Positions 25,387 through 38,750 of a stretch of DNA of 64,000 bases are shown here, in pieces. Origin of the DNA: Macrostomum lignano (Eukaryota). The DNA lies in contig NIVC01001357.1 in the NCBI GenBank assembly GCA_002269645.1, positions 124,001 through 188,000 of the forward strand, read 5' to 3'. The position numbers were made by a program, and so were the translations under genes. The notes beneath the pieces were generated by a model. It made no database searches and was not told where the DNA came from. It worked only from the letters and a program-made list of their open reading frames with translations. How positions within the stretch are numbered: position 1 is the stretch's first letter; each line of letters opens with the position of its first letter.

Positions 25387-28300
25387 ATGGCTGGGATGAA
25401 GTTTGAATATGACGAGTCAGGATCAACTTTCTATTATTTTCTTCTGGCTTTTTATGCACTTGTATTGTTGCCTATGACTTACTACTTTTGGCCGACATCT
25501 CAATCTGGTATGTAGAAAATAAAGTTTGCAAGTTTTACAATCATTCCTTAGACTACTTTTGAGTCTTGCAAATTTTTTTTTTAACTTTTAGCTTTTAAAC
25601 AAGCATTAGGGTTAGGGAAATAAGTAACAAGTCACATTTTGGCTACTTTAACTCAAGAGTTTTATTTTATAGGCCTATTTATATTTTTTCATCTTAGACA
25701 TAAGACAAAAATGAAAGTTACATGTTCTAGACTAGACTAGTATAGTGGTCTTAGTCTTAGACTAGCAATCGGTGCTCCCCTACTGGGGAACCAACAAAAA
25801 ATAAATACAAGTTTTTAATAAACTACATTTAGGCCTAGCTTCTTAATATCTTAGCAATTCTTCCCAAGTGTCACAGCATTATGATGTTTCCCCTAAGCAT
25901 ATAGTATTATTTTTTATTATAATTATACTATTTCATTTTGGAATACTTATAAAAATAGCAACTGCATGTCTAAAAAAATTGAGCTTATATATAGGCATGT
26001 TTGCCATGTAAGCACACATGGTATTGTTGGTTTAAATCTTGGCAATAAAAAGATTGCTATCATCTCTAGTGTTAAATGGATTCTATATTAGAAACATAGC
26101 CACTATATTTTAAAGTGTGAACTCATTAATGACATGGCCACTAGCATTTTGTAGACTTCATTAACATGGCCATTGTAAGACACCACTGTAAGAGAAGTAA
26201 GAGACATATTCTATACTATATGGACATGGCTGCCATGTCCATAAGCTTTAATATTATAGATATAGCTAGTATGTTTCTAAAATGATCGGACATTTTGTCA
26301 ACCAGCATTTTGTCAACTAGACATTATGGCAGCTCAGAAAGTTGTAGCTAATTATTATAGCTGCACCAGCTAGAGAATTTAGAAATGGTAATGCAATTTC
26401 AAGTTTGTTTAAAATGTATATATTTCTTAGAAGTAAATTTTTATAAAAACGTTTAGTCTTCAATGGTGTTGCAATACTTGAACCATAGTACCTGAATGCT
26501 ATGTACATGGTTTCAATATTTTTTATGATAAAACTTAAAATTTAAACTTAAATATGTTAATGTTAACAACCAACATAACGGACAAATAATTTTGGCCTAA
26601 ACCAAATGTCTAGTTGCCATAATGTCTAATTGAGAAAATACTAATTGACAAAATTCCAGTTGACAAAATGCTGGTTGATAAAATTCTAGTTGACAAAATG
26701 TCCTAGAACCATTTCTAAATGTAATGATTTCTTTTTCTATTATGGAAACAAATTTAGGCTTATGCTATGGTATAGCTATGTTATAAAGAATCTAGGGGAT
26801 CTTCTAGTTTGTTTTGCAATTTTTTTACAGTTTTAATTGGTGCCACAACATAGTGCCAAATCAGAAAATGTCTATGGCCAAATAAGTTGGCCAAATAAGT
26901 AAAAGTCTTGCATAAGGCAAATCAATAGTCTATAGGTTAAATCTTAGTATAGTAGTCTAATAAAAATATGAATAGCATCATATAGCTTTTTATTTTTAGC
27001 TTTGGAAGAAATCAGCTCTGCTTTATATATATATCTGCTAAGTAAATCTACAAACCTATATGTATGTTACAAGTTCAGGTCTACAAGCTTGACAAGTTTT
27101 AATAAAGTCTGCTATAGCTATAGATATAGTTACAGAAAGTTAAAGATATGGAGGTTTTTAGACAAAGTATATAGATATAAATATGGTTATAGGAACATAG
27201 ATTATAAGATAATAAAATGTTACCTTAAGTCCAAAATGTTCCATTATATATTTTAAGCAATTTTATATATAGGTAAAAAATAATCATTTTTTGTTTTAGC
27301 CTTTATATTAGAAAATTTTTAAGTCTAACATTGGCATACATAATTGGCATACTAAAAATTGCCAATTTCAGGTTTGGTATATATGCTAAATTTTGTTCAA
27401 AAAAAGCTCTTGCATGTAGTTAAGACCAGCAATTAGCTCCTCCTATTATTAAGCCAATAGAAAATGGAATAGTTCTTAGAATAAATTATATTTAGCTTCT
27501 TGCAGTAATCTCAGCAATTTTCCCTATAAGCAGTGTTGGGCACCATTAATGAAAATCTTAACTTCCATTAAAGGCAAAAGCATTAGTGTTCAAACAAAAA
27601 ATCTTAACTTTTTAACTCTTAATATCATTAAGTTAACTGAAAATTAACTGATAATCATTAATTAGGGTTAATCCGTTAAAGTTAACACAGAAAATACAGA
27701 AATCTTGCACTGCTTTTGCTTTTCCATCTTTTTAGCTAAACACAGGTCATCCAACCAATTTACAAGCTAAAAAAATAACAAAAAATTATAATAGTAAAAA
27801 CTTGTAAGTATAATACTACTAAAAGTAAGCATACAGTAAACAAATTAACTTATTTATTTGAAACTTAAAAAGCTAATTAGTTAATAATAAAATACGAATA
27901 GGAAGGTTTTTTCAGTAGCATTAGCAGGCACAGCAGAAAGTTACAAAAGATTGGCAAAGAAGTGAATCAAAGCAATCAATGCTCACACACAAGCAATAAA
28001 GTTCACAATTTTAATTCATTATTAAAGTTCATTAGTAAGAAGTTGTTACATCTGCATGATCATTGTCATAATCAAAGAGATTAATTAGGCATTTAGGTAA
28101 ATTCAAATACATTTGTAATGTTGTAACTTCTTGCCAGACTTGTATTTTTGTTTTTTCTTTGCATCGTTAGTCTTGACACTGTCATTGATGTTAACAATAA
28201 TTTTTTTGTTAACTCACAAAATAATTAACACAAATTTGTTAATCTGTTAGTTCAAAAAATCTTAATGGCAGTCCATTAACATTAATGAGAAATATTAATG

Positions 28301-31300
28301 CTTATTAATGGATTAATGCTTATTAACGGACCAGTGCCCAGCACTGCCTATAAGCCTTGACATTTCAACAATCCCCCAATGTGCCTTAACATCTCAGAAA
28401 TGCCACCAATAAGCCTTGAAATCTCAACAACTCCCCTGTCAGCCTTGAAATGTCAACAAATCCTTTGTCAGCTTTGAAATATCCCCCCATTCCCCCTAAT
28501 TCCCCTATTTAGCAATTCCCCCTAATCCTAATTGTAGCCCTAACCCCAACCCTAACCCTAAAGCCTTGACTTCTTAGAAGTTCTTCCCCTGTAAACCTTG
28601 AAATTTCAGTATTTCTCCCCAAAAGTCACAGAATTATAGCAATTCCCTTCAAGCTTTGACATTGTAGCATTTCCCAAATAAATTTTCTATGTTCGACATG
28701 ACACTTCTATATGTCTTACAGATGCTTATTTTATGTTTTACATGACTCTTATTTTTGACCTGACACTTTTCATGTCTATGACATTCTATCAGCACCCCCA
28801 TAAGCCTCGACATCTAAGCAATTCCCCCATACGCCTTGACATCTAAGCAATTCCCCCATACGCCTTGACATCTAAGCAATTTCCCCATAAGCCTTGACAT
28901 CTAAGCAATTCCCCCATAAGCCTTGACATCTAAGCAATTCCCCCATAAGCCTTGACATCTAAGCAATTCCCCCCATAAGCCTTGACATCTAAGCAATTCC
29001 CCATAAGCCTTAACCCGTGTGACAGATTACAATTTTCACTGGCCTGAAATTCGTAGATCGCATCGAGCAAGGCAAGCGGAAATGTCACTGCGACGGCTGC
29101 CAGATGAAGCGGCATCTGTTGAAATCTTTTTCGCCATGGAAAGAGCGAAAGAAAAAGTTATTGTAAGTTTCTATTCTTGGCCTCGGAAATAATGTAATTT
29201 AAGCTGACATGAGTTACTTATGTACTTTTCAATTGCAGGAAGCTTTTGTTCTTTGTCTTATGGATAATACTGGCAGTGCTGTTGTACAAGGTGAACACAA
29301 TTAAGGTCGAATGGATGGACTTCGATCCCTACAATGTTCTGGGCATTGATCGGGTAGGTAATTGTAAATTGTTGATTTATTACAGTATGTTTGATTTCCT
29401 GTCTCGTATTTATACATTATTCGCGTGATTCGCTACTTTTATAAGTAGTGCTAAAAGCATACTACAATTTTTTTATGAAATGTTTAATGACTTAAAAATA
29501 TCGGTAGATTTTTTCTTCATTTCTACTACTAGTAGTAAAATTAGAAGCGCGCGCGTATAAATTATATTGTTTCTACCCCCGTCAATCTGTTCAGGGCGCC
29601 AGTCCGATGGACATTCGCAGAGCCTATCGCCAGCTGTCACTGACGCATCACCCAGACAAAGGCGGCGATCCGCAGGTATTCCAGCAGATCTCCAAGGCCT
29701 ACCGGGCTCTCACTAACGAACAGGACAGAAAGAATTGGGAAATCCACGGCAGTCCTGACGGCCCTACGGCTATTAATTTCGGCATCGCTCTGCCTAAATG
29801 GCTGGTCCGCCAAGAGAACAGCATGCTAGTGCTTGGCGTCTACGGCCTCGTATTCATGGTGCTGCTGCCTGTGGTGGTTGGAACCTGGTGGTACAGAACC
29901 ATCAAGTTCACTGGCGAGTCGATATTGCTGCAGACTACGGAAATATTTCGCTATTTCCTTATGCGCACGCCTAATATGTCGTTTAGGCGCATCTTAATGA
30001 TTCTGGCCAGCGCCTGCGAGTTCAATCGGCTGCAGAATCCCGAAGTGGTTGAACGACCGTCAGACAACGAAGAGGTCAGTCAGAGCGGTTTGATGTCTGA
30101 TTTAGAGCATGACATTGTCTGAAGTCTATAATCTCCTGTTCTCCCCATAACTAACCTTGTCGCTCACCATCATTCCTCATCCCCTCTCCCTTAACCCGTC
30201 TCCCTCTCACCCTCTCCCTTAACCTGTCTCCCTCTCACCCTCTCCCTTAACCTTGTCTCCCTCTCACCCTCTCCCTTAACCTTGTCTCCCTCTCACCCTC
30301 TCCCTTAACCTTGTCTCCCTCTCACCCTCTCCCTTAACCTGTCTCCCTCTCACCCTCTCCCTTAACCTTGTCTCCCTCTCACCCTCTCCCTTAACCTTGT
30401 CTCCCTCTCACCCTTCTCCCCTTAACTTTGTCTCCCTCTCACCCTCTCCCTTAACCTTGTCTCCCTCTCACCCTTCTCCCCTTAACCTTGTCTCCCTCTC
30501 ACCCTTCTCCCCTTAACTTTGTCTCCCTCTCACCCTCTCCCTTAACCTTGTCTCCCTCTCACCCTTCTCCCCTTAACTTTGTCTCCCTCTCACCCTCTCC
30601 CTTAACCTTGTCTCCCTCTCACCATCTCCCTTAACCTTGTCTCCCTCTCACCCTCTCCCTTAACCTTGTCTCCCTCTCACCCTCTCCCTTAACCTTGTCT
30701 CCCTCTCACCCTCTCCCTTAACTTTGTCTCCCCCTCACCCTTCTCCCCTTAACTTTGTCTCCCTCTCACCCTTCTCCCCTCAACTTTGTCTCCCTCTCAC
30801 CCTTCTCACCGTAACCCTGTCTCCATCTCATCTCCCCCTTAACATTGTCTCCCTCTCACCCTCCCCCTTAACCTTGTCTCCCTCTCACCCTTCTCCTCTT
30901 AACATTGTCTCCCTCTCACCCTCTCCCTTAACCTGTCTCCCTCTCACCCTCTCCCTTAACCTTGTCTCCCTCTCACCCTTCTCCCCTTAACTTTGTCTCC
31001 CTCTCACCCTTCTCCCCTTAACTTTGTCTCCCTCTCACCCTCTCCCTTAACCTTGTCTCCCTCTCACCCTCTCCCTTAACCTTGTCTCCCTCCCACCCTC
31101 TCCCTTAACCTTGTCTCCATCTCATCTCCCCCTTAACATTGTCTCCCTCTCACCCTCCCCCTTAACCTTGTCTCCCTCTCGCCCTTCTCCCTTAACTTTG
31201 TCTCCCTCTCACCCTTCTCCCCTTAACTTTGTCTCCCTCTCACCCTTCTCCCCTCAACTTTGTCTCCCTCTCACCCTTCTCACCGTAACCCTGTCTCCAT

Positions 31301-33129
31301 CTCATCTCCCCCTTAACATTGTCTCCCTCTCACCCTCCCCCTTAACCTTGTCTCCCTCTCGCCCTTCTCCCCTTAACCTTGTCTCCCTCTCACCCTTCTC
31401 CTCTTAACCTTGTCTCCCTCTCACCCTTCTCCTCTTAACCTTGTCTCCTCACTGTCTTCCCTTAACCTACTCCCCTTAACTTTGTCTCCCTCTCGTCTCA
31501 TCCCCTATTACCTTTTTCAGCCTCAATCTTGACTCAGCTTTAATAACCTGAAAGAATAATGATTAGTTTTGCCTCGCCTATTCCCTGTCCAGGTTCCAAT
31601 GGTGATGAAGCAGCTGCCTCAGGTAAACGAAAAGAACAAGGAGCCACCGTTCTGTCTGCCATACGCTTTGAAGGCTCGCGTGTTGCTGCACGCGCATCTC
31701 AGCCGGCTGGACCTGAACCCCAATACGCTGGAGGTCGATAGGCGGACAGTTGTATGCAAGTGCCCGGCCCTGCTGCAGGAGATGGTGTCACTTAGCATGC
31801 AGCTTGTGGCCTGCGCCCAGTACTACGGTAGCCGCTGTGGCCACCCCCGCTTAGAGACTATCGAGTGCATCATGAAGCTGAGCCCCATGATTGTCCAGGG
31901 CCTATGGGAGAACAAGAGTCCAATATTGCAGCTGCCGCACATATCCGAAGATTCGTTGCGTCATTTTGTTACTAGGAAGCGAAATATTCGAACTATTCGA
32001 CAATTGGCCCTGATGCCGGATAGCGAGCGGCGGGCGCTGCTTAGGAGCCTGACCGAGGACCAGTACCGCGATGTTATGACCGTGTGCGCCGGCATGCCGC
32101 AGGTCGACGTGCAGAGCAAAATTGAGGTCATCGACGATGACAAACCGGAGCAGGTGAGCGGCTGGGCGAATGGGATCAGGGATATTCTGGGGAGATCTGA
32201 GATTTGTAGTAGTAATAGTAGTAGTAGTAATAGCAGTAGTAGCAGTAGTTAGTACTTACAGTATTACACCTGCCCAGAAACCGACAGCTCAGCCGCAGCT
32301 ACTGCGCGGCGCAGCTGAAGGCAGCGTACGGCTGTTCAGTCCAAGGACTGGGGGGTCGCCACACGCCCTCAATTACCCCAGCTAATGCTGGCACCCATTT
32401 TACAGCTGGGTGAACTGAAGCAATGCAGAGTTAAGTATCTTGCTCAAGGACACAAATTGTTCCAGTGGGATTGGGAATCGAACCCCCGCCCCGACCTTTC
32501 AGTTTTGAGTCGAGCGCCCTAACAAGTAGACTAAAAACCCTCCGAGTCTAGTAATAGTAGTAGTAAAAGTAGTCAATATTAAATTTGGGATCTGGGATAT
32601 TTGGGGAGATTTTATATATTTGGCTCCATCTGCGGTGTTAATAACTTAAGATCTGGGATAGATATCCAAAGGATAGCGGCAGTCCCGAATTTAGAAAACC
32701 TTATAGCAGTTTTTATACGGTTCGAAGTTTTATGCGCCACCCACACCGCCCCGGTAACTATGCAGGTGACCGCCAGCAGCCTGGTCACGGTGACGGTGAC
32801 CCTGACGCGGCGCGACCTGGCCGAGCTGATGTCGGCCACCTCCGCAGTCGGTGACGATGCCTCCGCCAACCAATTCGACGAAGCAGGAGACGATGAGTCG
32901 CAGCGGCAGCACACTCTGCTTCAAAATGGCTGCCAAGATGATTTGCTGACGGCGGCATCGCCGACGTCAAACGGCGGCTCGACGGTCGGCACCGACGGCT
33001 CCCCGGCAAAGAATTCGTCGCAGCAGCCTCAACAGTCGCATCATCATCAGCAGCAGCAGAAGAAGAAGCGCGGCAAGGACAGTTGGCTGAACAAGGGTAA
33101 GGGAAAGAGTAAACCGAAGCAGCAGGCCA

Positions 33130-33164
<35 letters not shown>

Positions 33165-35521
33165 AAGCAATCCGCCGCTGCTTCGGCAAACGATGAAGCC
33201 GGACGGAACACCGAGAACGACGAAGACGACGATTTGCCGCCGCTGGTCGAAATGTCCGTCGACGGCGACGCCCAGCAGCAGCCGGCCGCCGAGGCGCCCG
33301 ACGAAGATGCCGACGAGGCGGACGGTGCAGGCGCCAGTCGGGACGGCGACGAGTCCGACGGCGAGAGCGGCTGGGACCGGGTGCAGGAGCAGCTGCGCAG
33401 GGACAACTCGCTGGATACGCGGAGTCGGACAACTCGAGTCGTGCACTGCCCGATGTTCCCGGGCGAGAAGCTCGAGTTCTGGTGGCTGTACATCTGCGAC
33501 AAGCGCGTGTCCAAGCTGCTCACCCAGCCCGTGTTCATCACCTCGCTCGATGACACAGAGCAGGTGAGCTCGATTCTCCCGAGTTTCTCCCATCGAGTTT
33601 CTCCCATCGAGTTTCTCCCACCGAGTTTCTCCCATCGAGTTTCTTCTGCTTGAGTTTCTCCCATCGAGTTTCTCCCACCGAGTTTCTCCCATCGAGTTTC
33701 TTCTGCTTGAGTTTCTCCCATCGAGTTTCTCCCACCGAGTTTCTCCCATCGAGTTTCTCCCATCGAGTTTCTCCCATCGAGTTTCTCCAATCGAGTTTCT
33801 TCTGCTTGAGTTTCTCCCATCGAGTTTCTTCTGCTTGAGTTTCTCCCATCGAGTTTCTTCTGCTTGAGTTTCTCCCATCGAGTTTCTCCTGCTTGAGTTT
33901 CTCCCATCGAGTTTCTGCCATCGATTTTCTCCCATCGAGTTTCTTCTGCTTGAGTTTCTCCCATCGAGTTTCTTCTGCTTGAGTTTCTCCCATCGAGTTT
34001 CTTCTGCTTGAGTTTCTCCCATCGAGTTTCTGCCATCGATTTTCTCCCATCGAGTTTCTTCTGCTTGAGTTTCTCCCATCGAGTTTCTTCTGCTTGAGTT
34101 TCTCCCGCCGAGGTTCTTCCACCGATGGTTCTATACTAAATCAGAATTGTTCATATGCTTGTACAACTGCCTTCTATCTTTCTGATATCCATGTTGATGG
34201 GAAAAACAACTCATAAACAATTCAAAAGCAATAATCTATGAATGCAATTGCGTGCTAGCTGATCTCACGTAAATGCCGTCTTTCTGGCCGTCTGTCGGTG
34301 ACATGGTAGACTTTTTTTCTGCATGTTTTAATTTAATTTAATTGATAATTCTAAAAATGGCCACTTTTTGTCACGCTTCAAGCAGAATTCCCTATTGATC
34401 TTGTGTAGTGCGTGCATCTTTCCTTTGTAATTTAAAAGCTGGCTTAGTGACGCCTAATGCCAGGCAAAAATTAGCTCTCCGGCTTGTGATTTTGCAAAAT
34501 CTGAATTTTGTGCTCAATTGCAATACGGAAATACTGCAATCCCAATTCTGCAATCCTGCAATCCCAATTCTGCAAGACTGCAATCCTGCAATCCCAACAC
34601 TGCAAGACTGCAATCCTGCAATCCAATACTGCACTCCTTCAATCCCAATACTGCAATCCTGCAATCCCAATACTGCAATCCTGCAATCCCAATACTGCAC
34701 TCCTGCAATCCCAATACTGCAATCCTGCAATCCAATACTGCAATCCTGCAATCCAATACTGCAATCCTGCAATCCCAATACTGCAATCCTGCAATCCCAA
34801 TACTGCAATCCTGCAATCCCAATACTGTAATCCTGCAATCCCAATACTGCAATCCTGCAATCCAATACTGCAATCCTGCAATCCCAATACTGTAATCCTG
34901 CAATCCCAATACTGCAATCCTGCAATCCAATACTGCAATCCTGCAATCCCAATACTGCAATCCTGCAATCCCAATACTGCAATCCTGCAATCCCAATACT
35001 GCAATCCTGCAATCCAATACTGCAATCCTGCAATCCCAATACTGTAATCCTGCAATCCCAATGCTGCAATCCTGCAATCCCAATACTGTAATCCTGCAAT
35101 CCCAATCCTGCAATCCTGCAATCTCAATCTGTCATACTGCAATGCTGGGAACTCAATCTATTATACCACAATCCCAAGTTGCAATACTCTGTCTAAATCT
35201 CTGCAATCCCAATTTGCGCGGCAGATTCCGCTTCGCTTCCAAGCGCCGGACAAGCCGGGCAGCTACACCTACACCCTGTGTCTGCGCTCCGACTCCTACC
35301 TTGACCTCGAGCTGAACCTGCCAATCCGGCTGGATGTACTGCCGGCCGCCGAGGTGCCGGTGAAGAAGCCGGTGTACGACTCCAGCGACCAGGACGACGC
35401 CGACTCCGACTACGACGACGAGTCGGATATTGACGCCAGGCAGCGGCGCGGCGGCGGTGGCGCCAGACCTGGCGCCGATGATTCTGACGGCGGCTCAACC
35501 GAATACGACTATTCGGAGTGA
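25387..35521 (+). CDS. SEC63: Translocation protein SEC63 (ER J-domain protein), 7 coding exons
   Basis: Exons 25387-25507, 29057-29162, 29239-29353, 29595-30074, 31593-32153, 32766-33563 and 35225-35521 join in frame with GT-AG. N-terminus MAGMKFEYDESGSTFYYF; J-domain FDPYNVLG...THHPDKGG; FGIALPKWLV; Sec63/Brl domain (HCPMFPGEKLEFWWLY, LRSDSYLD); acidic C-tail. Confidence 0.96.
26288..26703. mobile_element. MITE-like element with inverted termini in SEC63 intron 1
   Basis: ggacattttgtcaac (26288-26302) and gttgacaaaatgtcc (26689-26703) form a perfect 15-bp inverted repeat, with internally reiterated ttgtcaac/gttgacaa. TSD unclear. Confidence 0.55.
27531..28346. mobile_element. Non-autonomous hAT-type element (816 bp)
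   Basis: Terminal inverted repeats (TIRs) cagtgttgggcac / gtgcccagcactg; perfect 8-bp TSD cctataag (27523-27530, 28347-28354). Confidence 0.85.
28795..29010. repeat. Minisatellite, 29-bp unit
   Basis: cccccataagccttgacatctaagcaatt copies, ending ~45 bp before SEC63 exon 2. Confidence 0.92.
30175..31495. repeat. CT-rich minisatellite filling SEC63 intron 4
   Basis: ccttaaccttgtctccctctcaccct(t)ct units. Confidence 0.95.
32227..32548 (-). mobile_element. CORE-domain tRNA-derived SINE, copy 2 (SEC63 intron 5)
   Basis: Reverse complement of copy 1; B box gggttcgattccc; flanked by the 17-bp direct repeat tagtaatagtagtagta (32210-32226, 32549-32565). Confidence 0.85.
33570..34115. repeat. Minisatellite, 14-bp core unit
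   Basis: gagtttctcccatc copies starting immediately after the SEC63 exon 6 donor. Confidence 0.95.
34530..35125. repeat. Minisatellite built from ctgcaatc / ccaata subunits
   Basis: tactgcaatcctgcaatcccaa copies in SEC63 intron 6. Confidence 0.95.
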
Positions 35522-36354
35522 GGCGGGCTTTGAAGGCTTTTCCAATAGGACTTTTGTGCTTGTTTTTGTTCAGAAAGTTCACTTCTAGCTTAGCTGAATC
35601 CTGCTGGTTATCTTAATAAGCAATTCCTTGTGCTGTGTCACGCGTGAAGGTGTCCATTATATAATAATTTCACTCTTAAGTCGGCCATTGCTCTGTCTGT
35701 CGGGTGCAAAGGACTGCATCAGATTCTGCTTCTACACCTAGGCGTACCTAGTCCATGCAAATATTTACTTTCAAGAGTTGATCTTGAACACATAATTAAA
35801 TCGTTCATAAACATGAAGGCTCTTCTTTTCTCCCTGCATGAAATAAAATTCCCTTTTAGTCAAATTTTTCTTTGTTTGTGTTAAAAAACTTTTGCTGGAC
35901 ACTGTCGACTCATCACTAGGCGGTTAAAGTTTCTGCTTCATCCTATTTTCAATCAGTTTAGGGCTGGTTTGTAGAGTTCAAATGATTTGATTAATTTGCT
36001 TTAATATTTCCATCAGTTCGCCAGTGTTCTAATATTCTATTTGTCTTTTTTTCTTGCTGTCTTCTCTAATTCTATTGTTTATTTCTAACTTTTGCTTTCT
36101 AGTGCGTGTCATTTGAAAGTGCGCAAACCGCTCGCTATGTGCAAATTTTGAGCCATAATGAGAATATTTACTTAATATGATACACATCGTGCCCGCTTGT
36201 GACACTCCTGGTTGTGTTGTGCAGCACTAATTCCCTTATGTCATGTTTTCTCATTGCCTACTTGATTATTTCTTATTTCTTGATTAAAGCTGCTTGAGTC
36301 GGATAAGCACTATAGCTTCTGCAACAGAAGTATCGACATTCCTAACGGATGCTC

Positions 36355-36415
36355 CAGAGTAGCTCAGGCCCCGTTGTGATCTTTGCGTCACGACTCGCGA
36401 TCCCTGGTTCGATTC
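36355..36415 (+). other. Degenerate tRNA-like head (SINE fragment or tRNA pseudogene)
   Basis: gagtagctcagg ... cctggttcgattc. Confidence 0.3.
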
Positions 36416-37649
36416 AAAAGGAAAACGTGCAATACCAGCTTGTGTCAATCAACAGTGAGATTGGGTGACAATGCACTTCCGCAAATCTTGCATAAAATTG
36501 ACTTCCAGAAAATCGCCTTTCGATAAATTCCCTGCCAGCTGTTTGACTGCTGCGTGGCAAAGCTGGTTAGTGTTGTAAGACTGCTGGCAGCCAGTGTTAT
36601 TGTAGACCCATTAGAGGGTTAAACTCACGTGTTTACCACTTACCAGAGAGTCAGACCACGTGTTTACCACTGTTTTTGATTGCGCTGCAAAATTGCTTTG
36701 GCGCTGTATTTTTCGATGTCTGAACGACGTTTTGTGAGCGGGAAAGATATTTCAGGCCAATTTCGTACGAAATCGCTATTGATGATTTGTTCAGTCTTCG
36801 TAGCCAAATCATCGCCAGATTCATCATGTGGGTGGCACGGCTGCGCTAAAATTTCTATAACGTCAGCCGGATGGTGAAATCACGATCGGCATCACAATAG
36901 GCCTTTGAGCAGTCTCAAAGAACCGCGGCATAAATGCGATGCTCCTGGGGCCACCTGAGCCGCCTCTGCGCAGATCATGATAGTGCCGGTGCACACACCT
37001 CGTGCCTGATTGCTCGGCAGTTATTTCTGAAATTTTCTCCAAAAGAAGACGGCATTCTGTGCCCCCAAAAGTGGTCAAATATGGCTGAGCCCATCTGCGT
37101 CTCATTCGCAGCTCAGCTATACAAGCATAGCGGTCCGATTATGTCTTCTAGCATTCCCTTTCAAGCAATCTCCAACTATCTTCTTTGCCGCCTTCGATGC
37201 CGGCTTTCCTGGCGTCGAGGGCTTCTTTGTGCGCCCGCATAATTGGCCATTGCGCCGCCAATTTTCCTTTAGCCATTTGAGCTGCAGATACGGCTCTGCA
37301 TCTGCGTTCGTACACGGTTATCACGCGCTAAAACTGGACGCTAGTCGGGGCCAAAATTGTGCTCAAAGCAAACACCTGAACATATTTTTATACCTGAAAA
37401 TGAGAACAAGGAGTGAAAAGGCGAAATTTAGCAAATAGCTCTCATGCATAATCTGCGCGGGCCCCAATGATCATTATAGGTGAAAGTTAAATAGTTCGGA
37501 AAAAGTACTCGAGCAGGCGGAGATAGCTGCTCAACCCGCGGGCCATCATCTAATCTCTTCGTGACGCACGCCATGGCTGGTGCCCTCCCGAGCGTAGCCC
37601 GCCATATCAGACCCATCAAATGCAGGTCCATCCAACCTGTCAGCCAGTC

Positions 37650-38750
37650 TTTTTAAATCTCTCTTGCAAAGTACAATTTCTGCTGATGCTGTTCTGAAAT
37701 AGCTAAAATCCTTTTTTGGACTTTTGAGTAGAAGTTGTCAGTCTCTCATTTCTAACTTGAATAGACTGTTCATCGCTTTGATTGATGCAGAAAAATTTAT
37801 CGACTGGTTTTCATTGCCTTAGTTAAAGATTTGATATGCTGGTGATCCATGGCGTGCTCGAACTCGTGACCCGAGTACTTAGGAAGCGTGATAAAAACTT
37901 CTCTTCTAAGCACCTCAGTATTGAGCTGGTATTTAGCCAACAGTCTATTGTACAGATGCTTTATTAGAGACAAACTGTGTGCAACCTGGCGCACAGAGCC
38001 AAGGCGAGATTCCAATTTAGACCCAAGTTAATGTGACTGCACTTGGAATCAAGCCTGGACCGCTGGCACATCAGAGCGCCGTGCTTATAATAACCACTAG
38101 GCTACGGCCCCCCTATAGCTGCCGCTACTCACGAAGCAGCTTAATTGTCATGTGCTCCCAGCGAACCAGTTTTTTTGCCGGAGCATTAGGGTTGTCACAT
38201 CTTGATTATTATTTTCTGTATGTGTCGCCGTGTCGACTTTACGCTCGTAAAACAATTTAGTTGGGGCGGAAGATGTACGAGATTTTGAGAACCGTGGGCA
38301 GTCTAACTTGTAGTTGTAGTAATATTTGCGCGACATGATGTGGGACCAGAATTTAGCCACTCCCATTACCAAACCACATAGTCCACAACAATGATGAAGA
38401 GCTGGCGATGCGGAACCACAGGAGCTCCTCTTGAATTCCTCTGTGGAGAGTCATCTTTCAACTGAACAAATGCTCTGGAGAGACTCACTGCAGCTGATTT
38501 CAGAACAGCTGTGCCAGCAGTTACCGTTCTGCACGCTGAGTTGAAGGCTGCAGTTTTGTGGGGCGGTCCTGCAGTCTGAGACCCTACCAGACCGCCGCAG
38601 GAACGGAGTTGATGCGTTGGACGGTGAGACCTCTTGCTGTACTAGTACAACGCTGAGACCTGAGCGCTGACAGACTCGCTCGAACAGCAAGTCGAAGCTT
38701 TCGGCACTCCAAATTGTCTGCGCCGAGTTGTACTGCCTCTAGCCGGTTCA
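37650..38750 (-). pseudogene. Degenerate P-element/THAP9-like transposase C-terminal remnant
   Basis: Frameshifted fragments GRVSDCRTA, AFVQLKD...RGAPVVP and HEFEHAMDHQHIKSLTKAM resemble the P-type C-terminal layout also seen at 45230-45650. Multiple stops and frameshifts; interrupted by a tRNA-like insert. Confidence 0.4.
38034..38112 (-). other. tRNA-like SINE head or tRNA pseudogene
   Basis: gggggccgtagcctagtggtta...ccaggcttgattcc (A box plus degenerate B box). Confidence 0.45.

Noticed and set aside
32766-33563. PolyQ and acidic low-complexity insert in SEC63 exon 6
   Set aside because: It falls in a region that is variable and low-complexity in SEC63 generally, so it is not a distinct system.
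36680-37440. Short ORFs downstream of SEC63
   Set aside because: No consistent frame, splice pattern or motif.
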